35,644 bases of DNA. Origin: Octopus sinensis. Taxonomy: Eukaryota. Location: the NCBI RefSeq assembly GCF_006345805.1, contig NW_021826255.1, positions 1 through 35,644 of the forward strand. Reading direction: 5' to 3'. A program made the translations under genes and the position numbers. Each line of letters begins with the position of its first letter. Within the stretch, counting starts at the first letter, position 1. This document shows, piece after piece, positions 10,889 through 23,562 of the stretch. The notes below the pieces were generated by a model. That model made no database searches. It had not been told where the DNA came from and saw nothing but the letters and a program-made list of their open reading frames with translations.

Positions 10889-11682
10889 TCACATGAACTC
10901 AACAGTTTAATCTGTTGGAAAAGCAAACATCCTAACATCTGGCTACAGCAAGTAACCTTAGATACCAAGAACACTCCAAAGTATCCTAGCTGTCCCTAAT
11001 AGCAATCTTCTAGTGTTGTATTAAAATAGGTTTTATGCTTCTTTCCTCTATCCTTCTGTTCAGATCCTTAGGGATAGTTATCAATGTACCTATAACTACT
11101 GGGATCAGTAGTTATTTTACCCGCACTTTGCAAAGTCTCTCAAATTCAGTAGCTAGGTCCTGGTACTTTGCTATTTTTCTGTACTTCCCATATTAATGTC
11201 ACCATCATTTGGCACTGTAAGTTCAATCATCTGACACTTTTTATTCTCTTTAACTACTACTACTACGACTACTACAAAATCAGGCCTTTTAGCTTCTATT
11301 ACTCTGTTAGTTTGAATATTAAAGTATCCCAGAATCTTATATTTCTTTCTTTCTAGCGCTTTACTAGGTCCATGTTCCTACAATTTATCAGTATGTTCAA
11401 ATTCAATCTACATCGTTCCCAACGGATTGCTCACCCTAGATTTTCACGTCTTTTCTTGCATTCTTTCTGTGCCAGCATGCTACATTCACTTACTATATGA
11501 GTAAAGCTTTCAGTTTTGATTTGCATAATCAAGATTGGGAATCTACTTGGTTTTTGTCTATCTTTGGCTTTTATCCAATTAGTACTTAATGCTTGATCGT
11601 GTGCAGCACCTAACGCAGTTTCTTTCTACCTCTTCAGCTTTACTCTAGTTATCCAATCTGGTTTTATTTCTCTATTAGGACA
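10888..11682 (-). pseudogene. 5'-truncated R4/Dong-like non-LTR retrotransposon (zinc-knuckle region, restriction-like endonuclease, 3' UTR)
   Basis: Minus translation with frameshifts: AAHDQALSTNWIKAK / TESFTHIVSECSMLAQKECKKRREN / KILGYFNIQTNRVIEAKRPDFV8KENKKCQMIELTVPND / IAKYQDLATEFERLCKV..IPVVIGTL / LLGTARILWSVLGI* (stop 10958-10960). Confidence 0.88.
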
Positions 11683-11782
11683 TATATGTGTATGTGTGCG
11701 TCGTTGTGCGTGCGCGCGCTTCCTTTCGCGGTCGATAAAGTAAGTACCGCTTTCAGTCTTCGAGAGTATTATTAGAAGGGAA

Positions 11783-11905
11783 GACTACTACTACTACTAC
11801 TACTTCTACTACTACTACTGCTACTACTACTACTACTACCTACTACTACTACTACTACTACTACTATTACTGCTACTGCTGCTTCTACTACTAAGACTAC
11901 TACGA
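11783..11905. repeat. (CTA)n microsatellite
   Basis: Directly visible. Confidence 0.95.
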
Positions 11906-12379
11906 CCCCTATCATAACTAGTACTGCTGTTGTTATATTCGCCTCTGCTCTTCAAACATGGTGATTGACACGCGTGAATCATTGCCCTCATTCGATTCTC
12001 CTTTCATCTACGCATTTGTTGCTTTCCAAACCCTGATACTTTGTAGTTATGAAACTAAATTGTTTTCGCTCCTTCAAAAGGCAAAAAAAGTTCGAGAATG
12101 AAAAAAGTATGTTCTTTGCCTGGAGGCGAAATATTTTGTATTGCGAAAGAAATATTCTACTTAAGAGATACAAACGGTTTTAATCTATGTATGTTAATGC
12201 GAATTTATATTGCCCTTTTGCAAAATCGTTGGAATATCGGAAGCGAAAACCGCAGAAAAGGTCTGTGTGATTTCACCATATGCAAAAACACGTACATACA
12301 CACACATTCATACATTCATTCGCACACATTCTCTCTCCCTCACAAACACACATACGCAAAAATCATGTGTATATGCGGA

Positions 12380-12398
12380 TATAATATATATATATGTA

Positions 12399-12449
<51 letters not shown>

Positions 12450-12474
12450 ACATATCTATCATATATATGCACGC

Positions 12475-12505
<31 letters not shown>

Positions 12506-12511
12506 CACGCC

Positions 12512-12592
<81 letters not shown>

Positions 12593-12598
12593 CATGCA

Positions 12599-12692
<94 letters not shown>

Positions 12693-12701
12693 ATATATAT
12701 A
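12380..12701. repeat. Interrupted (TA)n array
   Basis: Directly visible; explains the poly-IY ORFs. Confidence 0.95.
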
Positions 12702-13491
12702 GGGGGTGTCTGTGTATTGTTTTTAGTTTGACTACTACTTTTCTCTCAGCCTAAGTGAATATCATTTCATTGTAATAAAAACACATAAAAACAAACTGCA
12801 GAAACAAAAAAGCAACTTAAAAAGGAAAAAAAAATGGAGTAAAAGCAAGCATACACAAGACAAATAAATAAATAAATTCGTATAGACAGATCTAAAAGCC
12901 TTGCAGTCTAAATATTCAGAAATGGTCTTTTAAAAAACCGTAGAAGTTTCGTTAGCGCCAGAGGAAACAGTGTTTACAGAAATGTACAAGCGATTGAGTT
13001 TCTAAGGACTAAACGGACCATTTTAGCTGAAAGTCGGAATATTGTGGAAATCACCACCACGATGCTTTAGGTTTTTTGCTTTTTTTTGTTTACCATTAAG
13101 AATATTGAGTTTCAATCTGCTTAAGGACGGGATTCCAGTATTTCACATGAAATTTAGAGACTAGACGCTACTTAAACACGCTTACGAAAGAGAGACGATA
13201 TTCTTTATATGGACGGACATAAACACAGACAAATGTTATATACACACACAGACACGCATTTAAACTTAAACCCACCGATATATATAGTATAAATACATAA
13301 ATAAATATATATACATTCACATATTGATATAATCTATGCACACAGACACACATTCATATATATATATATATGTGTGTGTGTATCGATGTATATATTAAAT
13401 ATATATTGAGATATATATATATCTATATGCATATATATTTCTGTATATACATATATACATCCTTATATATTTACATATATATATATATATA

Positions 13492-13612
13492 CATTGCCAG
13501 ATAAGACTGGAGCCTGGTGCAGCCTTCTGGCTTCCCAGATCCCCGGTCGAACCGTCTAACCCATGCTAGCATGGAGAACGGACGTTAAACGATCATGATG
13601 ATGATGATGATA
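13492..13612 (+). mobile_element. Retroposon 3' end with (GAT)n tail (RTE-type), inserted in TA repeats
   Basis: GC-rich island ending 'ccgtctaacccatgctagcatggagaacggacgttaaacgatcatgatgatgatgat', with a stem-loop (ccatgctagcatgg) and short-repeat tail. Clade assignment is inference. Confidence 0.65.
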
Positions 13613-13705
13613 TTTATATATATATATATATACAGATATATACAGATTTCCATATATATAAGTATATAAATATTTATATGTATATTTATAGACACACACT
13701 CATAT

Positions 13706-13738
<33 letters not shown>

Positions 13739-13739
13739 G

Positions 13740-14330
13740 GTTTAGGGCAATCAGTTAGGTGTCATAAGAGTACTCGGAGCTTCAAATGCTGGAGCTAAGA
13801 GCTACGATGCATTCTCATCGGCTATTAATGACAATAAACGCTATGAAAAACCGTTGAATAAAAGGCAAGTTACTCTAATAAAAATATAACATAAAAGATA
13901 AAGAATACGCGCAACCAAATTCTCACAATACATAAACATAAACCTCCTGCGTTCATAACGTCTACATTGCTACAGTCACACAATCAAGTATTTATACATG
14001 CATATCCACACACCAACATATATGTGCATGAACGTACTCATAGATATACGTTTGTGTGTTTATGTGCATGTACGTATACACATGTGTGTTAGTGTATATG
14101 TATGTAGACGTTATGAACGCAAGAGGTTTTATGTTCATTGATCGTGAGAGTGTGGTTGCGTGTATGCTTTGTCTTATATTTTTCTTACCTATGAGAGTAA
14201 CTCTCCTTTTGTCCAACGGTTTTTCATAGCGTTTATTGCCATTAATAGCCGATGAGAATGCACCATATCTCTTAGCTACGGCACGTGGAACTTAGAGTAC
14301 TATTATGACAATTTACTGATTGTTTTAAAC
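13740..14330. mobile_element. Foldback/MITE-like element with >=225-bp inverted arms
   Basis: 13740-13967 is the imperfect reverse complement of 14103-14330 (e.g. 'gcattctcatcggctattaatgacaataaacgctatgaaaaaccgttg'); TA-rich on both sides. Confidence 0.8.
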
Positions 14331-14877
14331 TATACATATACAAATATTTTGGTTATTATATATATATATATATATAAAATGTGTATATATATATAATATA
14401 TATATATATATCACGTGATCACGTGACCGACCAGACCATCAGATGTTGTTACATATATATATATATATAAACGCACACATTATCGAGATAGATATCTGAG
14501 AGATCTAATGGATACAAATTAATTAATTAATTAATTAATTAACAAATTCACCTACAATTGTTTCCTTTCACAAACTAAATTAAAATTACAAGGCATAATA
14601 TAAATATATAATTTAGCATTTTAAATACTTCTGTTGCAGAGACCCCTTCCTTCGTCTACGATAGATGAGATGACGATGTACCCGTCTTTGAGTGTGTAAT
14701 CGTGTGTGCGTGCGTGTGTGTGTAAAATAATATCAATATTCTTTCATGCACATTTAATAACCGGCGAACGAAATCGTTCAATCAGAGCCTGTTATTTCAA
14801 TCGATGTATGATAGAGCGCGGAGCTTTGGCGCCCCTATGTTCTACATGGCTTGTTTGATAGATAATTTCAACATAAT

Positions 14878-15052
14878 AGGCGTAGGAGTGGCTGTGTGGA
14901 AAGCAGCTTGTTTACCAAACACATGGTTTAGGGTTCAGTCCAACTGCGTAGCACCTTGGGTAAGTGTCTTCTACTATAGCGTTGGGTCGACCAAAGCCTT
15001 CTGAGTGGATTTGGTAGACGGAAACTGAAAGAAGTCCGTCGTATATATGTGT

Positions 15053-15111
<59 letters not shown>

Positions 15112-15376
15112 TTGTCTGTATATGTTGTGTGTCTGTGTTTGTCCCCCCAAAATCGCTTGACAACCGATGCTGGTGTGTTTACGTCGCCGTAACTTAGCGG
15201 TTCGCCAAAACACCGATAGAATAAGCACTAGGCTCACAAATGCTGGGGTCGATTAGCTTGACTAATGCGGACTTACAAAGAATAAGTCCCAGGGTCGATT
15301 TGCACGACTAAGGCGGTGCTCCAGCATGGCCACAGTCAAATGACTGAAACAATTAAAAGAGAGTAAAAGAGAGAGT
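14878..15376 (+). mobile_element. Full-length tRNA-SINE with internal (TA)n/(TG)n
   Basis: A box TGGCTGTGTGG, B-box-like GGTTCAGTCC, tail 'gctccagcatggccacagtcaaatgactgaaac', A-rich end. ATAATAGGC at 14873-14881 and 15377-15385 is a candidate TSD. Confidence 0.85.
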
Positions 15377-15416
15377 ATAATAGGCTATATGTATTTAAAT
15401 AGATATAAATATATTC

Positions 15417-15419
<3 letters not shown>

Positions 15420-15447
<28 letters not shown>

Positions 15448-15785
15448 ATATAATATATATATATATATGTATGTGTGTTTGTCTGTATATGTTGTGTGTT
15501 GTGTTGTCCCCCCAAAATCGCTTGACAACCGATGCTGGTGTGTTTACGTCGCCGTAACTTAGCGGTTCGCCAAAAGACACCGATAGAATAAGCACTAGGC
15601 TCACAAATTGCTGGGGTCGATTAGCTTGACTAATGCGGACTTACAAAGAATAAGTCCCAGGGTCGATTTGCACGACTAAAGGCGGTGCTCCAGCATGGCC
15701 ACAGTCAAATGACTGAAACAATTAAAAGAGAGTAAAAGAGAGAGTATAATAGGCTATATGTATTTAAATAGATATAAATATATTC

Positions 15786-15790
<5 letters not shown>
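15420..15790 (+). repeat. Tandem duplicate (period 365-369 bp) of the SINE 3' half plus flank
   Basis: ~15100-15420 is repeated at ~15467-15790, bounded by (TA)n. Confidence 0.9.
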
Positions 15791-15855
<65 letters not shown>

Positions 15856-16452
15856 ATTATATCACCACGTACTAATTTCTGCACTAACGGATATCTGTTG
15901 TCCGTTGCAAGCAGTTTTCTACTAAAAGTTCATTTTACACGTAGGCATTTATCAAGAGGCATCTCAAAGTAATTAGCACTTAAAGTATAATATTGCAACT
16001 TAAATGCGCCAAGATGAAAACACGCTCAGACATACACTGCCAGACACAAGCTTTGCAAAATACACTCCAATATATGTGTGTGTGTGTGTGTGCTTGCGTG
16101 CGTGCGCGTGTGTGGGAAAGAGAGTGTCTCTGTTCGTATGTGTGCGTGCGTGCGTTGGGGAGTGTGTGTTTATGTGATTGCACTATTGTGTAAAACATGT
16201 CAAGGGGAACCGAGCTTAGTTTGAAGTAGAGAATTTCCCCCCACGAGGGAAATATTTATCTGAATGTTACTACAATCCAGTACCGTTTAATTTAACTGCT
16301 GCTTTGCCATCTGTTAGCTACGAAGCTATATATATATATATATAATATATGTGTGTGTGTGTGTGTGTGTGTATGTGTGTGTGTGTTGTATGTATATATA
16401 TATATATATGAGTGTGTGTGTATTATATATATTTAGATATATATATATATAT

Positions 16453-16461
16453 TTAGATAGG

Positions 16462-16543
<82 letters not shown>
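16453..16543. repeat. (GATA)n microsatellite
   Basis: Directly visible. Confidence 0.95.
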
Positions 16544-16544
<1 letters not shown>

Positions 16545-16784
16545 GCAGATATACACACACGTGTGTGTATTCAAACTAATAATTTCCTCAGCGTCTAGCT
16601 GCTGAATTGTATAAATAAACTTGTGTATACATTTACATCTTTCATTTCACAGAAACCAATTACGGTTGCGGATTTGTTTCAAAGTCATTCAATCGAAGAA
16701 CCAAGTTCTCAACACTTGACGCACATGTAACGACTATCGTTTTGAATTAATGTTTTCAAATTATGGCAAAATGCCAGAAACTTT

Positions 16785-16925
16785 AAGAGAGGGAGCAAGT
16801 CGATTAAACAGACGCCCACTCTGCAAACAGTGCGTATATGGTCGACCCTCGAAAAAAATGAAAAACGCTGTTGAACTTTGAGGTACTTGAATTCTAAACG
16901 TAAAGATGGATGCAATGCCGCCACA
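16785..16925 (-). mobile_element. Highly diverged family M SINE
   Basis: 'aagtcgattaaacagac..gtcgaccctcgaaaaaaatgaaaa..ttgaattctaaacgtaaagatgga' parallels the 5578-5690 unit. Confidence 0.45.
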
Positions 16926-17321
16926 GAGTTTGCAGGTCATTTTATGTGTTTGAAACCAACCTGTCTTACTGCCGTTTAATAGTAGTAAAAATAATCAAAA
17001 GTAATAAAACAATGTACGTACTTTGTTTTGCATTCTCTCAGTGTACTCCGAAAAATATATAATTAATGCAAATAAACAAAATATTAAAAACAGAAAACAT
17101 ATAAATTTAGGAGTTAGTTATAGGTTTTTAATTATAGAATTATTAATTTACCGGTACTGTTTTTGTACATGGAATAAATGTGGAATAAATTGAAAAGTAC
17201 TGCCCAGGTGTCGAAACCATAGTGATGTCCGTGGGGCAGCTGATGAAGGAGGTGTATTGGATTGTTGGTATGGTTGTTATTGTGTGTGTGGAATAGTTTT
17301 ATAAGACATGTGTGTGTATGT

Positions 17322-17374
<53 letters not shown>

Positions 17375-17445
17375 TACACATATATATCTACACATACTAC
17401 ATATGATACAATACTTACAATGTTGATAAATAAACAGATATGCAT

Positions 17446-17477
<32 letters not shown>

Positions 17478-17514
17478 GTTTGTGTGTATGTAAGTATATA
17501 TGTTTGTGTGTATG

Positions 17515-17545
<31 letters not shown>

Positions 17546-17883
17546 GTATGTATGTGTGTGTAAGTGTATATATATATCAGATTCATTTTCATGATGAAGC
17601 TTTATGTTTATGATGCGATGTTGTTTTTTAAATGCAATGTAATGTTTTTTAAAATTAATATTCCCACTATCATCCTGAAAATGTGTACCTCATGCGAGAT
17701 TGATATACAAAACTTCAACGCCTAAATATAGTCATGTTCCTATAATGCGTGTTGGTGTGTGAGTCTCTGTGTATAGATATATGTATGTATACATTAGTGT
17801 ACTACTGCATATATATGAATGTAATTGCACAAACACATATACATGTCTTTATGGATATATGTACATGAATTCTCACATCACAA

Positions 17884-17956
<73 letters not shown>

Positions 17957-18133
17957 TGCATATATACATATGTGTGTGTGTGGATAGGAATATGTACATT
18001 TTATTTCTACCTGATTGTACTGGCAGGTGCTTGCTTGGTTTCCTTTAAAACAAAATCTACATTCTTCCTTGCGCACGTTTAATATGATATATTGTACGAC
18101 CTTATGTATAAATGTATGATGTCTGCTTTTAAC

Positions 18134-18166
<33 letters not shown>

Positions 18167-18794
18167 AAACACACACAATTTACATACACACATACACGTG
18201 AATATGTGTATATGTGTCTGGGCGCAAGTATGTATATATAATACTACAATATGTACACAGAAGGACATAGTTTAATATGTATTCATAAACACATAGATCA
18301 TCCACATAGCTATAGAACTGGCAATCTCAATATCTTCATACATACACATAATTATAGGGAGACGTATGAGTGCAAACATATATGTATGCGCCTATGTACC
18401 CAGGTTTCTAATCCTGGTTCTCTCTCATACTTACTACATTATGTCGACTGCTATATAAAGCAAACAAGACATTTTCCGGAATTGTACATAGAGGTAATTA
18501 CATATATAAAGACCCCATTCCTTGTAAACATAGATAGAATTCACACTCACACACACGTACACACACACACGGACACACATACGCATGCACTTGCACAACC
18601 GTAAATGCGCCTCGGTGCGAATGCAGGCGAATCTACGTGTGTGCAATCTGCAACTATATATGTATGTATATATGGATATAAATATATAAATATACATATA
18701 TACATATATATAGTTATATATATGTATATATATATATGTATATTTATATATATATATGTATGTATGTATATATATATATATATATAGATGTATG

Positions 18795-18840
<46 letters not shown>

Positions 18841-19184
18841 CGCAAAAATATACACGACCCTACTTACATCAAGTTAATCACACAAAAAGCAATCCATTCT
18901 CAAGGAATGCTCAACCGAACTCTAAGAGTATAGCAACAGACTATGAAGAATATTACCAGCAACACTCCCACTGCCATCTCTACTTCTACTACTGCTGTTA
19001 AACAATAAAACCAACTCAACGACCACAAACACCGACGTAACCGACCCCCCCCCCAACTTAACCGCCACCCCACCACCACAAATATACGTACGGACGTGTG
19101 TATGTAGAATTATACATCGTTCCCCAAAAAGCTACAAGTATTTTGCGTATGTGTATCTCCATCTTTTCTGTTTGCCTCTGAAGA

Positions 19185-19853
19185 TATCTATCAACCTGTC
19201 TATCAATCTAACTACTATTTTTCCATCTCTCACACATCCAATCTACCTATCTATATGTCTATCTAAACATCAATTTATCCATCTATCCATCTATCATCAA
19301 TCAAACTATCTACATATCAATATATCTATCTATCTATCTATCTATCTATCTCTCTATCTACCTATCTATCTATTTCTGTATCTTTTGTCTCTCGACCTAT
19401 CTGTCTGTCTATTTATTTCTCTGTCTATCTATTATCTGTCTATCTATCTATCTACCTATTTATCTAGCTATCTATATATGTAGCTAGCTATGTACCTTTC
19501 TACCTACATAACTAGCTATCTAGTTAGCTGTCTACACATCTATCAATCTATCTATCTATCTCTCAATCTACCTACCCCTACCTACCTATATATATATATA
19601 TATAACTATATATATATAGTTATCTTTCTATCTATCAATCTATATATCTATTAATCTATCTATCTATGTCCCTATCTAGCTACCTTCCTATCTATCTACC
19701 TATCTGTCTCTCTGTCTATCTACATATTCGACTTTTTTTTAACGTGGTGTGTTTTTTTAGAATGTGTCTCTCTAGAACTCTGTTCCTCTATCCATGCAAA
19801 CCGCTGCAATCAATAAGAACTGCAATTCTACAATAACATTAGTTTTCCTCTTT

Positions 19854-19892
<39 letters not shown>

Positions 19893-19908
19893 TACTACTA
19901 CTACTACA

Positions 19909-19959
<51 letters not shown>

Positions 19960-19985
19960 GCTACTACTACCACTACTACTACTAC
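19185..19985. repeat. Degenerate (TCTA)n followed by (CTA)n at 19857-19985
   Basis: Directly visible. Confidence 0.9.
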
Positions 19986-21810
19986 GAATTCTTGTACCCT
20001 CAAAGACCAAATGCAAGCACTGCATACATCAAAAATCTAACAGCAATAACCAGCAACTACACCACGAAAACCACTTCAACCAACACCGACATCAGCAACA
20101 ACGAACAAGAAAAAGCCACAAAAAAAATCAACAAAAAAACACTATTCCTTCTCTAGCATCCAGAACATTAACATCAACCACAGACACAAGACCATCAGCT
20201 AATACAAGCATCCACCCCCACCCCTTATACTCCTCCTCCTCCACCACCACCACCAGTGCATCGAACAACAGCACCACCACCAACAACAACAACGAACGAA
20301 ACAGCAACAGAAACTAATACGCCAATCAGTATATCAAGGCCAACTCCATCTTACAAACCAGCTTCCATTTCGTTTGTGAAAGGAATTCAATGTTTTGTAA
20401 TCTCTTTCAGAAACGCACCAGCTGTCTGCCTTCTTCTCTTGTGTTTAGTAATATTGTTTTTGTTTTTTTCTATCTTGTTTTCTTTCTTTGTTTTTGTTTT
20501 GTTTTATTTCCTAAGATGGTTTTGAAACTCGAGAGAAATGTCTGCCACATATGTTTGGCCGTGGAACAAACTGACTTTTGCTCCATCTCTATGCACTACA
20601 CCATCCTTCTGTCTCTTCGTTCTCTAACCATCCTTCCATCCATTTTCCTTTGTCTGTCTGTCTGTCCGTCTGTTTGTCCTTTAGTAGCTCATCTGGACAA
20701 TTCTTGGATATAAAATTAAGTGCTTAAACGAATACACCTTTATACAGCACATACACACACATACACAAACACATACACACATATACACAGTTATATGTAT
20801 ATGCGTACATACGTAAATACATAGAGACACAAACACGTACAGACACCCCCATACATTATACATAAATGTATAAATGTGATGCGCATATATATTTAGTAAA
20901 AAAGCTGAAAAAGCATAAATTTTGCATATGCTTCATATTTTAATTGCGTTCTTTTATTAAGATAAACACCGGCGAACGTATAATTGCATAATTATGATAG
21001 AGAATTATTTTAAATTTGAATTAATTAACTTAAATTAATTTAAAAGCAATATATAACCAAAACATCAGTAATGTGTTGTTTTTTAGTATATACATAATTA
21101 TGAGTTATATGTACGTATACGTGCATGCCTACACACATTTACCATTTAACACTTTCGCTTTTCTTTTATTTAAAGTTTTTGAAGAAGGTCTACCATCCGA
21201 AATGTCTAATGACCCATGTTTTTAACTCTTAGTAATATACCGACATTGTACGCTTAGGTATTTTTCCAAGACATTTTATTATTTCAAGTAACTCTACATA
21301 GGGGTGTGGCCGTAAATATTTTTTACTAATTTGTCATTTTGTACTTGCCCCTATTGACGTTTGAGATGGTACTATGTTGTATGTTTGTACCTTTTGAGAG
21401 TAACTGTCTGATCTGCAGAGATATTATCTCTACAATGCTGTTATACAATAACTCTTGACTAAGAACTGTATAGGTTTCTGAACGACTGTGTTTTGTGTTG
21501 TCTGTGAATAGGATATGACAATAGGATATGACTCTTGCCTCCGCAGCATAAAATGTCCTTCAAATACTAAGAGACATGATGTTTCAATTTACGCATCTTT
21601 GATTTGATATGCGTATATATCCTGTGTGTTTACTATATACACATGCTATGAAGTTCAATGCAGCGATTACTTTTTTACTTGCGTTTTTGTAGTTTGTCTT
21701 ACCGAATCAAAGTTTACCTTGCTGTCTGAAACAATCCATGCTAGTTCGAATATGATGCTAATAAACTTTATTATAGCTCCCTCTGTTGATCAAATATGTT
21801 ACCAATTATT

Positions 21811-22063
21811 GTGACCCGTCTTTTCGTCCGATGCCGCTTTATCCAACGTCACTTCGTCCTCGTCTTGTGATCCGATATATTTTTGTCCTATGATATTTTT
21901 GTCCAACGACATTTTATCCAAATTTTAAATAAGCTCTTTAGAAATCAATATTAACACCAGAATCAAATAGTCATTGAGATTTTATTGATAGAATATTATT
22001 GATATTGACGTCGGACGAAAAAACGTCGGACGAAGTGATGTCGGATGAAAAGTTTTAGCACCG
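21811..22063. mobile_element. Non-autonomous Mutator-like/foldback DNA transposon with 9-bp TSD
   Basis: CCAATTATT at 21802-21810 and 22064-22072. Termini are built of ~15-bp subrepeats (TTCGTCCGA on the left, TCGGACGAA on the right). Confidence 0.75.
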
Positions 22064-22074
22064 CCAATTATTAT

Positions 22075-22325
22075 TCTTTCTATAATCTCCGTGGTATTGC
22101 TTTTGTTACTATGCCGTCTGTATGTGTTGAATATATGTCATATGTAACTCTTAGTATTTTTCTCCGTCTGTGGTGAGATTTTGTTGTTGATGCCTAGTTG
22201 TGTTTAAACTCCTCGGATATTGCACGTAAAATAGGGCACACTGGATTTTGTAGGTCCTAATTTTTAAGCCATTTATCACTGTTATTTAATCAAGATTGAA
22301 TAATTTGGGCAGCCAAATATGAGTG
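22075..22325 (-). pseudogene. Possible very old Penelope-like RT fragment
   Basis: Frameshifted pieces in the expected order: (G)LPKL, LKIR, PVCPILR, VTYDIYSTHTD (cf. GLPKIHK..LRPIV..P.CPT..VSFDV.SLYTN). Weak. Confidence 0.3.
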
Positions 22326-23079
22326 AATGCAACGTTATTTGAGTGTGAGATTTATGAAGATATGAGATCGTTTGAAGCGATAAGGGAAAAACAGTCGATT
22401 ATTTGTGGAAAATCTGTGCTGAAAGATTCTTGTGAGCTATCTTCAGTCCTGCAAGAAATTTCCAAGAAATATTCTAAATGTATTGCCCGACATCTTTTTA
22501 ATGTATATAGACATATGACAAAACTAATTCTGACTGTAAAATATACTGTAGTTTGACCTGACATTTTAGAGTATCAGTTCTATGTAAGTTTTAAAATGAT
22601 TACTTATTTCTCTTCTCTACATGTATGTTCGTTTTCTTCCATATTCTACTTTGAGACATAAGTTTTAAAGTTTGAAAAATTATGTCTATTGTTCGTGTTT
22701 CTTACGTTCCTGCAACATCCAAATATTTTTTCATCGTAAATCTACTTTCATGTTAATTCTGCTATTATATACTAAAGGAACAATTTTTCTTATTTTTGTT
22801 TTGTCATCTTTCTCGTATATTCTGCCTTATAACATTCTTCATTTTTTTTTTCTTTTTGTTATCGTTATTCTGAGCATTACATTCTATTCTCATCTTGATG
22901 TGCGATTAGAATATTTCTGAAAAGTTTCGTTCCTTTCTGCTCAACATATTCGTTGCGAATATTACAAGACACGCACAAATATATATCCAACGTTAACAAA
23001 TAACGAACTGAAAATATTAACAACTCGCTCATAACCTTTGATTCTCCTTTTCTGGAACGTAACGATGTCAATACATATA

Positions 23080-23330
23080 GCTAACCTGTTGATGCTTTCT
23101 CCATGTACCACTTCCAAATGGAATGATAGCCACAATTCTTACATGCCATATTTTCGATTCAATAGCTAAATCAGTATAATTCTTTCGTATAGGCACGATA
23201 TTAGAGTATATTATCAAACTTCTATTGTTATTTTTCCTATAGAAAATTATATGATGTTTGTTGTAAACTAGTTCTTTATACGTGTTTTTCTAAATTCCAT
23301 ATACATTTAATTTGTTATTTTCTAAGCCAC
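23080..23330 (-). pseudogene. Second, older REL-endonuclease (R4/Dong-like) LINE fragment
   Basis: One frame, 23265-23101: YNKHHIIFYRKNNNRSLIIYSNIVPIRKNYTDLAIESKIWHVRIVAIIPFGSGTW (cf. NKPDII..CLIID..KYxDLAIE..IW....IIPIVIG). Confidence 0.55.
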
Positions 23331-23562
23331 GTAAAGAAATGTTTTCCTCAGCATATTATGAAAACCAAACTGTGAGATAACTGTCGTTCTCGTGTCAGTC
23401 GACCGTTTTCTAAATAATGCGTTTTGTAAATATTTCATATATGAGGACATTTTGGAAGTATGCTGTTGTGTTGTTGGTATAAGTGTTTTAATTATAAGAT
23501 TGTATAGAATAGCATACTTTCTCAACTGAAAAGTTTAATTCATGAATAATTTTAAAACAGGC

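Noticed and set aside
10396-10974. Poly-His/Ile/Asp/Met ORFs of 157-174 aa
   Set aside because: Translations of (CAT)n, open on both strands, with no exon evidence.
12098-12754. Longest ORF (218 aa) and the other IY/CV/YLSI-rich ORFs
   Set aside because: Stop-free only because of TA/TG/GATA microsatellites.
17205-17252. Permuted hammerhead (CGAAAC...GUC...CUGAUGA)
   Set aside because: Stems I and II cannot form.
20968-20979. ACCGGCGAACG shared with ~14760
   Set aside because: An 11-bp match with no extendable flanks.
21508-21532. ATAGGATATGAC direct repeat
   Set aside because: Simple 13-bp local tandem duplication with nothing inserted between the copies.
22323-22556. 77-aa plus-strand ORF as a host exon
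   Set aside because: No recognisable domain or convincing splice sites; lies amid TE debris.
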